Assembly: GCA_964016885.1 (NCBI GenBank)
Contig: OZ024743.1
Span: forward strand, 275,652,001 to 275,716,000
Source: Eledone cirrhosa
Taxonomy: Eukaryota
Reading direction: 5' to 3'
DNA length: 64,000 bases
The position numbers and the translations under genes are program-made. Below are positions 22,562-34,400 of the stretch, one piece after another. Below the pieces are notes generated by a model. The model saw nothing but the letters and a program-made list of their open reading frames with translations, did not search any database and was not told the origin of the DNA. Position 1 is the stretch's first letter; each line of letters begins with the position of its first letter.

Positions 22562-24748
22562 TCTTTATATATATAAAAGCGAGGATGTGTGTGTGTCTGT
22601 GTACAACTTTGCATGCATAAGGCTTTCACAATTACCAACTGAATTTGACGAAATTTTCTGTGCACGTTGCACAGGTCGCTAAGATTGTCACATCACAAAC
22701 ATTTTTCAAATCGACTCACGTTGAGCAATAAAAAATCGATATCAAAATTATCGGTAGAAAAATTGATTTAAGGGAGATAACAAACTTTATTGACAATCCT
22801 TATAAAAAAGGGAAATAACCTTTTCACCAAATATGCCCCGTAAAAGAAAGTATGCACATATTGGCTATCGGTCGAAGAAAACAATGCGTGTAAATGACGC
22901 TCCACCGATAACCGAAAATAGACAATCACTAAATGTGGTGAGTACATTATTGCAACATCTTTGTCCGCCGCTGAGCGTCGGTTAGTGTGGCGAACTAATA
23001 ATGTTAAAGCAACTGCTGCAGAGACTACAGAACAACGTGAAACATGCCTTGCAAGATCTGCAGAGACAGTACAAAAATATGAAAGGCAGCAACTTTGCTC
23101 CCTGGTGGAAGGACGGCACATTTAGTTTTTAAATTGCCCCTTTATTTGGCAAAATTGGAAACTCCTACTTGTCATATCACTAAAGACTCCGAAAGGGCTC
23201 ATCTGCTGCAAAGGTATCACCTTATTGTTTGGGATGAGTGCACAATGGCGCACAAAGGTCCTCTTGAGGCACTAGACAGGTCTTTGCAAGACATACGGGA
23301 TTGCAGTGATGTTATGGGGGGTGTCACCCTTCTGCTATCAGGAGACTTCAGACAGACTCTTCCTATAATACCGAAAGGAACAAGAGCAGATGCAGTAAAT
23401 GCATGTCTTAAGTCTTCACCATTGTGGCGACAAGTGACATCATTAAGACTAACTACCAACATACGTGCAAGGTTGCATGAGGACCCTCTGTCATCAACAT
23501 TTTCTGGAGACATTCTTACAATAGGAGATGGTAACCTACCTCCGGGTACAGATGGACACATAGCAATTGATCACATCTGCAATGTAGTTAAAACTGTTGA
23601 TGATCTCAAGGCGAGTGTATTCCCGAACTTGCATGATAACTATACGAATCTTGATTGGCTATGCGAAAGAGCCATTCTTGCACCCAAAAATATCACAGTT
23701 AGCTGTATTAACGATCAGCTTCTTCAGCTTCTTCCTGGATGTCCACGGATATATAAATCTATTGATACTGTATGTGATCCAAAGGATGCGGTCAATTATC
23801 CAGTTGAATTTCTAAATTCTTTAAATCCTCCTGGTTTACCTCCTAATACATTAGTTCTGAAAGAGGGAACACCAGCTATTTTGCTGAGAAATATCACTTC
23901 TCCAAAGTTATGCAATGGTACACGCCTTGTGGTTAAAAAACTGTCTCCACTTAGTATTGACGCTACCATTCTATCCGGATGTGGAAAAGGCGAGGATGTG
24001 ATAATAACAAAAATTAGCCTGACTACATCAGGTGTGGATACTCCCTTCTCCTTTCGCCGAACCCAATTTCCCCTTCGTGTTGCCTTTGCGATGTCCATAA
24101 ACAAGTCACAAGGTCAAACTCTGTCCGTCACTGGAATTCACTTGGATGAACCTTGCTTTTCAAACGAACAATTCTACGTTGCCTGCTCACGAGTTGGCAG
24201 TCGAGATAATCTCTTTGCGTTTGTTCCGAAAAGAAAAACAAAGAATATCGTCTATCCTGAAGTGCTTTAGTGTTAACAAAAAAACTTATTACAGCTCTGC
24301 CTTGACTTCACCTTACTCATTACAAAACATACCAATGAATATGTCATGCAGGATATTTTGGATTATAAGTTAAAAATGTAACCATACACAGCAAAGTATG
24401 CTCTCAAAGAATAGATTTTCTCTTATTCTACTCTCATTGTTTTTTTGTTTGTATACAACTCTGCTTTCATTACAACTTTTTGTACTTTAGCAAAACTGCC
24501 TGTTTTTTTACAGATTTGCAACGTGTATTGCCTTTAATCATTTGTATAACTACATCCTGTTCAGTGTTTTCCTTCATTATCAGCATAGTTTTATGTGTAC
24601 AAAGATTGCACTAAATATTCGTTTGCATTAATTATTGAAGACTTCTGCTTATTTTGACAGGTTGGGGACAAATAACGTTCTTTTACTTCCTAGCTGTATA
24701 TTCTTAGCATAATTTCAAACCCCGAGCAACACCGGGTAAATCTGCTAG
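22562..24748 (+). mobile_element. Helitron, internally deleted, both termini intact
   Basis: 5' A|TC-TTTATATATATAAAA; 3' hairpin ACCCG-n8-CGGGT followed by CTAG|T; contains a Pif1 helicase fragment. Confidence 0.93.
23095..24270 (+). pseudogene. Helitron Pif1-type helicase, C-terminal part (no Walker A, no Rep domain)
   Basis: LPGGRTAH, IVWDECTM, GDFRQTLP, RAILAPKN, LCNGTRL, AMSINKSQGQT, QFYVACSR, KNIVYPEVL. Confidence 0.92.
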
Positions 24749-25695
24749 TAAATACTATAAAGCAAACAGTTTTCTATGGTAAAACCAATGAAAGTTTCAT
24801 GTAGTTTGGTATAAAAAGGATTAAGTACATCATGGAAATCATACATAAAAAAAGTTAACAAATGTTGCATAGAGATCTTCTAATTATAATGACAGAGCCC
24901 AGTACCATTTTGTGGAATGTACCTATAACTTTCAGTATATGTAATCTAATAATGTCTTTACACAAGTAGTCTGTATCATTTCAGTCACAGCAATCATAAA
25001 CAGGATATAAGATACATTCCTTAACCATAATCTATTTTTATTTAGTTCAACAGCTAAGCATATGTTATTAATTCTTTGACTTTTCAGCTCTCTTCTTCAC
25101 AGCAATCATTTGGTATAACTATGCTGTTTAGTAGGATGCTAATACCAGTTCTTAACTGACATAGTGTTTAGAGGTTTGTTTTTTTAGTTCAACAATTATG
25201 TCAATGTTATTAAGTTCCTTAACTTGTTTATTAGCATGCTAATACCATTTTATTTAAGGAAAACGATGTCAAGTTTATTGTGTGTTATCTAGTACCCTAT
25301 CTGAACTTTTAAGCCAACCTTCGTAGGTGGAGGTTTATCTGACTATCCCAGAAATGTTTTCTCTTTCTCTAAGAAAATGAAAATGGCTGGCTAGTTGTAT
25401 GTCGAACAGTTTCTCTATATTCTAATTATATTTCATTGGATCTTATGTGGGACATCTTAATACAATGCACTGGATTATTCTAGAAAATACATTACAAAAG
25501 CTAAGTTTGTCATTTATTTTGCAGAGATTGTAAACATTAATGATGATACGCATTTATCATTCCAGTGTTGATAAAATAAAGTACCACTTTATTACTGAGA
25601 TTAATTTAATCAACTAACCCTGCTTCCACAAAATTTCTGGCTATGTGTTGTGCATAGGTTAAAAACAATTATACTTGTGGAGTCAATAAAATATA

Positions 25696-26020
25696 CAAGG
25701 TGGCATGCAAAAATTAGCCCAGATTCTGTAGCATAGTGTAAATACTTGAATAAATTTAGACAGACGAAAAATCACTCTGCTTTTCATTTGCAAGTGTCAT
25801 TATTTTATTTTGACCACTTGTAACTGGTGAACTAAGATGGCACACTAATTGACTGTTTGCTATGTTATCCTCACCACCAGATGTACCTAAACATGGTTAG
25901 ACATGCACAGCTGTGTATTGATGTTCCAAAGAACTATTTTCAAAATCTTTTATGATGGTGAGTCATTTCTAGCACTTGTAAATTTATTTCTGTATTTACA
26001 CTTTTTCGTGCGCCTCCTTG
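25696..26020. mobile_element. Tc1/mariner-like MITE
   Basis: TA-CAAGGTGGCATGCAAAAA...TTTTTCGTGCGCCTCCTTG-TA. Confidence 0.6.
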
Positions 26021-27374
26021 TAATATCAGTAATGTCCTGAGGTCAATATAATCAAGTTTTCCATCTCCACAAATTATTGACCTCATGCATGTTAGAAGCA
26101 ATTATTATTATTAGGATAAGGGCTGTAGTTTGGCAGAATTGTTAGAGAATCAGACAAAATGCTTTGTAGCATTTAGTTATGGCTCTTTATTATCAGAGTT
26201 CAAATCTTGTTGAAGTCAACTTTGCCTTTCATCCTTCTGATGTCCATAAAATAAAGTACCATTTGATGTAATTGACTTCCCTTCCTCACAAATTACTAGC
26301 CTTGTGCCTAAATTAGAAATCATTAAGAACAGCAGATTATTGGTAGAATATTTAGGGAATCAGACAAAATGCAGTGTTTACTTGTTGTTAGAATGTTGGA
26401 TAGTTCCAAGTTTCTACATTCTGAGTACAGCTCATACCAAAGTCCACTTTACCTTTCATCCTTTCAGTGTCAATAAAGAAAGTATCAGCCCAATGCTGGT
26501 GCAGCCTTCTTTCCTTCAAGCTGACACATTCTGGATTAAAGGAGGGAGGGTTGGGAAGGTGTCTGTGTCTGCTTGTAATGGCATGGGTACCTAAAACCTT
26601 TAGTGAGAGCATGGTACATACTTCTAAGTCATACTTGATTACAAGTGACTACTGCAGTATTTAAGCACAATCCTTTATGTTCTGAGGCTTCAGTTGCCTT
26701 TCAGCTTTTTGGAGTCAATAAAATGAAGTATCAGTCAAGTACTGGTGTTCATATAAATAATTATAGTCCCTCTGAAATTTCACATTACATAGCATACAAC
26801 AGGTAGCCACAAAAAAGAAATCCAAGACAAACTTAATCGTTCTAATGCCAACTCACTCAAGTTTTACGATATTCACTTCAGCTTTTACTACTCTGAGTTT
26901 CAAACACCACGAAGGTCAACTTTGCCTTTCATCCTTTGAAGATTGATAAAATAAAGTTCCAGTGATACTGGGTTCGATTTTATTGATACTTCTCTCTCTA
27001 CAAAAGAAAATAGAAAAATTTGCTTGCTTTGTGCCTAAATTAGAAACTCTTAATTAGGGTGGTCGATTAACAGAATCAATAGAATTTCAAACAAATTGAA
27101 TTGTGCTATTTCTTCTAGCTCTATATATCATTTTATTGTACCAAATTAATACATCACAAAAAAATTGTCCTGCAGTATTTGTTCCAGCTCTTTACATTCT
27201 GAGTTTAAATGCCTCAAATTTGCTTTTCGTCCATCCTTCTAGTTCCTAACACCAGATAACTAACAACAAAGATAATTATTTGACTAAATACTTCCATATT
27301 TTTTCATTATTTTCAAAGGTAATTGTAAAATATAGACAGTATATTTCATAAGAAATATGGTAATGAAAGGGTTT

Positions 27375-27569
27375 ATTTATTTCATCAATTTCTCTAGTTA
27401 TGGTGCTAGCCAAAAGAGGGACCATTGCTACCTTTTTAACTGCAGCCTTTCCTAGAACTTCACAACAAATATCCTTAGTGGCTGGCAGGATCAACTCTTT
27501 ACCAATAGTGATGGGATTCTTAGTGGCCTGGCACCAAATGGTCCATGAACCAATGGTTGGGGGCCGCTG
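27375..27569 (-). mobile_element. hAT (Charlie/Buster-type) transposon remnant
   Basis: Peptide LILPATKDICCEVLGKAAVKKVAMVPLLASTITREIDEI resembles the ZBED5/SCAND3/Charlie transposases; adjacent terminus GGTTGGGGGCCGCTG is hAT-Charlie-like. Confidence 0.75.
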
Positions 27570-28006
27570 GTATAGAGTATATGTTTTAGGTGAATATTGT
27601 ATAAAGTATATATTTTTGTGAATTGTCTTATTTTATTGGGTGACAATTGTGAAAAGTATATGATGCGTTAGTATTCATGTATGTAAATACGTATGTGTGT
27701 GTGTGTGTAAATATTTCTATTCATTTGTATGCACATATGTGTCCAGATTTTAACATGACAAATTATGGAAGAAAGTGCCAAATTTTGCTACACACATTGC
27801 CAAAAATGTCCACCATTCCAACCACCACTGCCACTCAACTATTTTTAATTAAACTGTTCAACATTTACCTATTCTAATAGCTTAATAGGGATGCAAGATT
27901 ATGTAGATAATGGACTAAATTTGAACACAAAATTGCAATTCACAAACCAGCCATTACATCTCTTCACCAGCACCACTGCTACCACTGTTACATAGCATCT
28001 AGTCCT

Positions 28007-28042
<36 letters not shown>

Positions 28043-28339
28043 CCTTTCACAACATGTCTCCTTTCTTTCCCAGGCCCAACAGCTGGCAACAACATTGTCA
28101 CCCCTCTTAATTCAGAAAATGGTATCAACTATGTCATTAAACTCAGTAAAGAGTAATTGTGGAGTAGATTTTTTTAATTTTAAGCTGACACATTAAATAC
28201 CGGTTTGCCTCCCTCTCTCTATCATACTCCCTCTCACTCTCTTTGAAACTCAACATTGAACCATTTCTAGATTATTAAACTACTTTACTTATTACCCTTT
28301 TCCTCAGTTTGTGTGTTTGTGTGAATATATATATATATA

Positions 28340-28496
28340 TCACCTTGACCGACCAGTCTGTCGGGCGCCAATCGGCGCCTCTGGTCACAGCACGTCGTAC
28401 TGTTTTAGCCATAAGATAACACCATCCCACTGGCTGAGCGGGCAGGCCGGTACTCATTTCTACAGCTGAGTAAACTGGAGCAATGTGAAATAAAGA
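28340..28496 (-). mobile_element. CORE-like SINE fragment with a distinct tail
   Basis: Shares CTCATTTCTACAGCTGAGTAAACTGGAGCAATGTGAAATAAAG with family B SINEs but has a different distal sequence. Confidence 0.65.
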
Positions 28497-28599
28497 TCGA
28501 AACTTGAGCTGATCAATAGCGAAACACGCATCACCAATCAATAAATGTAATGAAGGCATAACAAATTGTCCTTGTATTATTATTATATATATATATATA

Positions 28600-28717
28600 A
28601 TAATTGTTTCTACTTTTGGCACAAGGCCAGCAATTACCCAGTGCATTACTGGTACTTTATTTTATCGACCCTGTAAGGATGAAAGGCAAAGTTAACCTCG
28701 GCGGGATTTGAACTGAG
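28600..28717 (-). mobile_element. SINE family A, truncated
   Basis: Reverse complement of the B-box, body and tail. Confidence 0.85.
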
Positions 28718-29049
28718 AATATATAATAATAATCATTTGACATCCATTTTACATGCTTGCAAACATACACACAAACACACACACATATACTTATATATAC
28801 ACACATAAAATAGGAAAAGCAGGACAATATTATAAGCTTGCTTATAAAAATACCTTATTTATTTGTATTCTCTTTGTCTATTTCTCTCTCTCTCTCTCTC
28901 CTCTTGTATATGAGTGCTTGTGTGTGTGTATATATATTATAGTTAAGTGACCAAGAACACCGCATTTTAATTTAAGTTAAATGTAATGCTACACACACAC
29001 ATACATATATTATATGTTAGCGTGGAAAAATGGACGTTAAACGTTGATG

Positions 29050-31331
29050 ATGATCATCATCATTATCCTCATCACGGTTTTACATCCGTCCTTCCTAACA
29101 CCAACCTCATTTTACAGTGAGTACTGGGTGCTTTTTTTCCGTGGCGCCTACAAGTCTACATTACAGTGTGGGCAGCGTGCTTTTTTTCTGTGGCACCTCC
29201 ACGACCACTTTGCAGTGGGAGGGTGTGGGGGCATATTGTCTATATGCTTCAGCTTCGGCTTGTACCCATGGGGGGTCGGGTCTTCTGTATTACTGCGTGA
29301 TGCCAGAGGTCACGGTCGTGTGTCATTGCCTTTGAGAGGTGTAATTGGGTAAAGTCGGCTTTTATCACCTCATCCCAGGTCTTAGGTCTCCCCACTCCAC
29401 GGTTTCCATCAACTTCTAGTGCTCTGCACCTTTTATGCAGCTGTCATCCTTCATACGCATCACATGTCCATACCAACGCAACCTCCTCTCCTACACACAG
29501 CATTTGATTCCTCTTATGCTCAGTCTCTCTCTCAATTCATTTATGCTTTGCCGTTCACGTATATCACTATTACACATCCATCGGAGCATGCAGGCTTCGT
29601 GTCTTTCTAATCTATGCAAGTCTTCCATAGACAGCGCCCAGGTCTCACTACCATGTAACATTGCTGTTCGTATACACGCATCATACAGTCTGCCTTTCAT
29701 TTTGAGGAAAAAGCCTTTTGCAGCTAGCAGTGGCAGTAGCTCCCTGAACTTCTTTCATCCCGTTCTTACCCTAGTTATTGTACTTTCCGAACACCCACCT
29801 CCACTGCTAATTCGGCCACCTAGGTAGCAGAAGCTGTCTACTGTTTCTACAGAGCCCTCCCAGAGATTAGTGGTACTTGTTTCCTGTAGCTGTTTGCTGC
29901 TTGCTGTCCCAGCACAGCTGCTGCATGTGAAGCCTACATTCTTAATTAAGCTTCCTGAGATCCCGCTACATCTCTTGTGTACCCATTGTTTGCATTTGGG
30001 GCAGAGAATGGAGTTCCTACCTACACCTTTCCTACATACTGAGCAAGGCCATTTCCCTGAGGGGATCTGGGTTCTGTTTTCTCGTCTACTTACAAGGACC
30101 TTAGTCTTTGTCAGGTTGATTTTGAGACCCTTTCTTTCTAGTCCCTGCTTCCAAGTTTGGAATTTCTTCTCTAGTTCTACCATGGATTCAGCTATAAGTG
30201 CGAGGTCCCATGCATACAGGAGTTCCCATGGGCATCCGGTTTTAAACTCCTCCGTTTTTGCCTGCAGGACTATGATGAACAGGAGAGGGCTAAGAACAGA
30301 GCCCTGGTGGACACCAACCTGTACGCTAAATTCCTCGCTATACTCATTACTAATCCTAACTTTGTTGACTGCTCTCCTATACATGGCTTGTACAGCTTTC
30401 ACAAGCCATTCATCTATTCCTAGTTTTCTAAGAGCCCACCAGATTATAGCACGGGGAACCTGTCAAAGGCTTTCTTGAGATCGACGAATACCAGGTAGAG
30501 TGGTTTACTTTTAGCTAGGTACTTTTCCTGTAACTGCCTCACAAGGAAGAGGGCATCAGTGGTGCCTCTTCCTGGCACAAACCCAAATTGCATCTGATCT
30601 AGTTTCACCCGGTCCCTAATCAACTGTGCTATAACTCTTTCTGTTACTTTCAGGACCTGGTCCATCAGCTTTATACCTCTATAGTTTCCTCTATCTAGTG
30701 CATCACCTTTACCTTTGTAGCAGTTGACAATGATGCTACTGCACCAATCCTTTAGTATGACACCTTCTAGTATTACCTGGTTAACAATACATGTGGTTAT
30801 AGTGTGACCTACCGACCCAGTTGCCTTCAGCATCTCGGCAGCTATACCCGATGGACTGGTTGCCTTCCCCGTCTTCATATCTTGCAGTATTTGCCTTACT
30901 TACTATGCTGCTGCTGACTGGTACTGCCGGCCCCTCTATAGGGTCTACTTGGGGTAGGGTCTCTTCTTCCCATGCATTCTCCTCATTTAGTAATCTTTCA
31001 TAATGGCTCTTCCACGCATCTTTCTTCTCAGCACTTGTGAGGGCAAGCTCACCTTTATCATTCCGGATACACTTCTCTCCAATGACATCACAATTCTCTC
31101 TGACACACTGCCTCGCAATCTTGAACACCTCCTGTTTCTGGTCCTCACGTTGCAAAACATGCTTGAATTTTCTATCCTCTTCTTCCCTCCTAGCTAAGTA
31201 TACTTATCATCTAGCTTCCCTCCTGGTCTCTATGTAATGTACCCTGCCTACCCCCTTTCCATGCCTGTCCTACCCCCTCCTTTCCTACCCCCTTCTTTCC
31301 ATGCCTGTCTCTTGGCCTTAACTGCCTCATC

Positions 31332-31336
<5 letters not shown>
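29050..31336 (-). mobile_element. RTE LINE (subfamily B), 5'-truncated, frameshifted
   Basis: ORFs 30781..31155, 30444..30878, 29755..30402 and 29491..29700 tile RT and C-terminus; YADD mutated to YAWD; 3'UTR toward 29050. Confidence 0.95.
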
Positions 31337-31381
<45 letters not shown>

Positions 31382-31404
31382 ATATATACATATATATATA
31401 TATG

Positions 31405-32008
31405 TCAGGTCACCACTTGGTGCTACTGGTAACATGTATTCCAGTACAACCTGTCCCATGGTCGGGTCGTTGGCGACTAAACTGGCAACCCCACTAAGGT
31501 TTCTTGGTGAGGAGGGTGACTTTGGACATCCTGCAGGACTAAAAACAAAACCTGTCAAAGGGCAAAGGAGCTCTTAAGAGTCAATGGCCATCCAAAATCA
31601 CCGGGAGAGATGACCCCTTAGCCTTTGTCAAGGCAGAATTCTAGGAGAAGGAAAACTCTGATATAACACCTGCAACTCTGATGGTATCCAATGATGTTGA
31701 CTTGTTCTTCTTTTTGGTAAATATCATCTTGGTTAAGAGAGTGGGACTGGCTTTGTGCAGTGCCTTTGCTCACTATAAAAGCTTCACGGCACAGGCATTG
31801 CTTTATATCTGGAGATCTCTCTGCACTTGTCGTCACATGGTACCATGGGCCTAGCACTATGGGTCAATAATTGTCACAAGTGTAGTGTTTGTACCAGAGT
31901 TTTCAAGTCGCTGGCTGGACTAAAGTCACATTCGTTCAGCGCATCGGTAGGAGTTCTCCTACATGGATATAAAGTAGTGGCCATACTCGAAAACGAGTTG
32001 GCAGCCAC
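31405..32008 (+). mobile_element. Short non-autonomous element, probably derived from another RTE lineage (structured 5' part plus C2H2-finger 3' end)
   Basis: Lies between (TA)n tracts; encodes [17 protein letters not shown] near its 3' end, followed by a CTCG-AAAA-CGAG hairpin. Confidence 0.5.
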
Positions 32009-32146
32009 CATATATATATATACATGTATGTATATAATATATATATATATGTATCATCATCATCATCATCATCGTTTAACGTCTATTTTCCACGCTAGCA
32101 TGGGTTTAGACGTATATATATGTATGTATATATATATATATGTATG

Positions 32147-32220
<74 letters not shown>

Positions 32221-32228
<8 letters not shown>

Positions 32229-32363
32229 CAAGGTTTAGCAAATAAGAAAAAGTTTTAATTTTGAGACTTGAAGCCGTGCGGTAAGGGTAATTACAGCAGG
32301 TACAGTGAACTTTTTCAAATTTATTTTAAAACTATTTCTTATTTGCTAAACCTTGATTATATA
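32221..32363. repeat. Inverted repeat (~38-bp arms) at the edge of (TA)n
   Basis: TATATAATCAAGGTTTAGCAAATAAGAAAAAGTTTTAA versus TTAAAACTATTTCTTATTTGCTAAACCTTGATTATATA. Confidence 0.9.
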
Positions 32364-32469
32364 TGTTCTGGCTCGTTAATTTATTAACCTGCCATAGAAC
32401 CACATTGGCATACGGTTGGATAATACATATGTCCCTATATGTATTTTGCATGTAGGGATACATACCTTA

Positions 32470-32510
32470 TTATATATATATATCTATATATATGTATATA
32501 TGTATGTATG

Positions 32511-32541
<31 letters not shown>

Positions 32542-32594
32542 ATATATATATATATATATGTATGTATATATATATATAAATATATATATGTATG

Positions 32595-32650
<56 letters not shown>

Positions 32651-32708
32651 TATACATATGTATGTATATATGTATATATATATATCCATGTATGTATATA
32701 TGTATGTA

Positions 32709-32763
<55 letters not shown>

Positions 32764-32770
32764 ATGTATA
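32470..32770. repeat. (TA)n/(TATG)n microsatellite
   Basis: Read directly from the sequence. Confidence 0.98.
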
Positions 32771-33051
32771 TCAGTGTGTGGTCATGCTCCCTCGTTATAG
32801 AAATCTACGATATAGAATTTCATCAATTGAAATTTACAATTCAGTAATCTAAATAGTTCTGATTGCGTCTTGACGCAGATAATTTTTTCAATTTCACCCA
32901 CAATTATGCAAAAAATAGATAAAACTCAATATTTTACGATTTTTCTCTCTCATTTAAACTGCTGAACTCTTTCTACTACCATTCAAAATCTATACAACTT
33001 CATACTTTCTGCTACTTTCTCTTTCCAAGCTTGATGGTGATACTGTCCGTT

Positions 33052-33366
33052 CACACCACTCCCTACTGTCTTAAATTTAGAAAACACATATCCTCTATGA
33101 GGTTACTAAACCTGCTAGAAACAGCAGCTAACTCTCCCCCATATCACACCCCTCCCTACTGTCTTAAATTTAGAAAACATATCTTCTATGAGGTCACTAA
33201 ACCTGCTAGAAACAGCAGCTAACTCTCCCCCATATCACACCACTCCCTACTGTCTTAAATTGAGAAAACACATATCCTCTATGAGGTCACTAAACCTGCT
33301 AGAAACAACAGCTAACTCTCCCTCATATCACAACCCTCCCTACTGTCTTAAATTTAGAAAACACAC
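33052..33366. repeat. Tandem repeat, ~92-bp unit, ~3.4 copies
   Basis: CTCCCTACTGTCTTAAATT recurs near 33059, 33153, 33243 and 33336. Confidence 0.92.
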
Positions 33367-33606
33367 AGACAACCATGCAGAACAACTCCATCACAGCTCT
33401 GTTGTTCGGCTGGCATCGTCTACGCGCGTGTTGCACCAGTACTGTGAAACAATAAATTTCAACACTTTTTTGCACAGAGATAATATCCATAGGCGAAACT
33501 ACAATTGTCACTGCTGGCGCAGCTCCTGCTTCCAGGTCTGCAATTCATTCACCCAGTGCCTGGCAGACAAAAAAGTAACTTTGGTAACACCGGGCTTTAA
33601 TGCTAG

Positions 33607-33667
<61 letters not shown>

Positions 33668-33674
33668 GTATGTA

Positions 33675-34043
33675 TCGTGACTTCTGGCGTCACGCAGTAA
33701 TACAGGGTACCCGACCTCCCATGGGTACATGCTGAAGCATATAAACAATATGCCCCCCCCCCCCCCCCACCGCAAGGTGGTCGTGGAGGTGCCACGGCAA
33801 AAAAGCACCCAGCCCACACTGTAAAGTGGACGTGTAGGCGCCACGAAAAAGCACCCAGCACTCACTGTAAATGAGGTTGGTGTTAGGAAGGGCATCCAGC
33901 TGTAGAAATCAAGCCAGATCAGTTCCTGTATGAGCAAGGCATGGTCAGCCGACCAGACACTGCCCACAACAGGACAACCCGTCTAACCCATGCTAGCGTG
34001 GAAGAACGGACGTAAAACGGTGATGATGATGATGATGATGATG
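33675..34043 (+). mobile_element. RTE subfamily B 3' fragment
   Basis: Matches 43049-43413; (GAT)n tail. Confidence 0.92.
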
Positions 34044-34055
34044 ATATGTATGTAT

Positions 34056-34377
34056 ATCATCATCATTTCATTTTACGTCCGCTTTTTTCCCTGCTTGCAA
34101 GGGTGGGACGGGAACTGATGCTGGCTTGATTTCTACAGCTGGATGCATTTACAGTGAGTGCTAGGTGCTTTTTTGCTGTGGCACCTCCACAACCACTTTG
34201 CAGTGGTATGATATGGACCCCAGTCCCTATCATCTCATTTCTACAGCTGAGTAAACTGGAGCAATGTGAAATAAAGTGTCTTGCTCAAGGAAACAACACA
34301 TCACCTGGTCTGAGAATTGAACTCACAACCTTTCGATTGCAAGGCCAATGCTCTAACCACTAAGCCATGTGCCTCCA
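34056..34377 (-). mobile_element. tRNA/CORE-like SINE family B with RTE-derived tail
   Basis: Minus-strand head TGGCTTAGTGG...GAGTTCAATTC, CORE-like TCCTTGAGCAAGACACTT, tail homologous to the RTE 3'UTR. Confidence 0.88.
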
Positions 34378-34400
34378 TATATATATATATATATATATAT

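Noticed and set aside
31405-31500. Canonical HDV-like ribozyme
   Set aside because: P2- and P4-like pairings and a CUAA are visible, but no P1 partner or proper L3 could be assigned; kept only as a structured 5' end.
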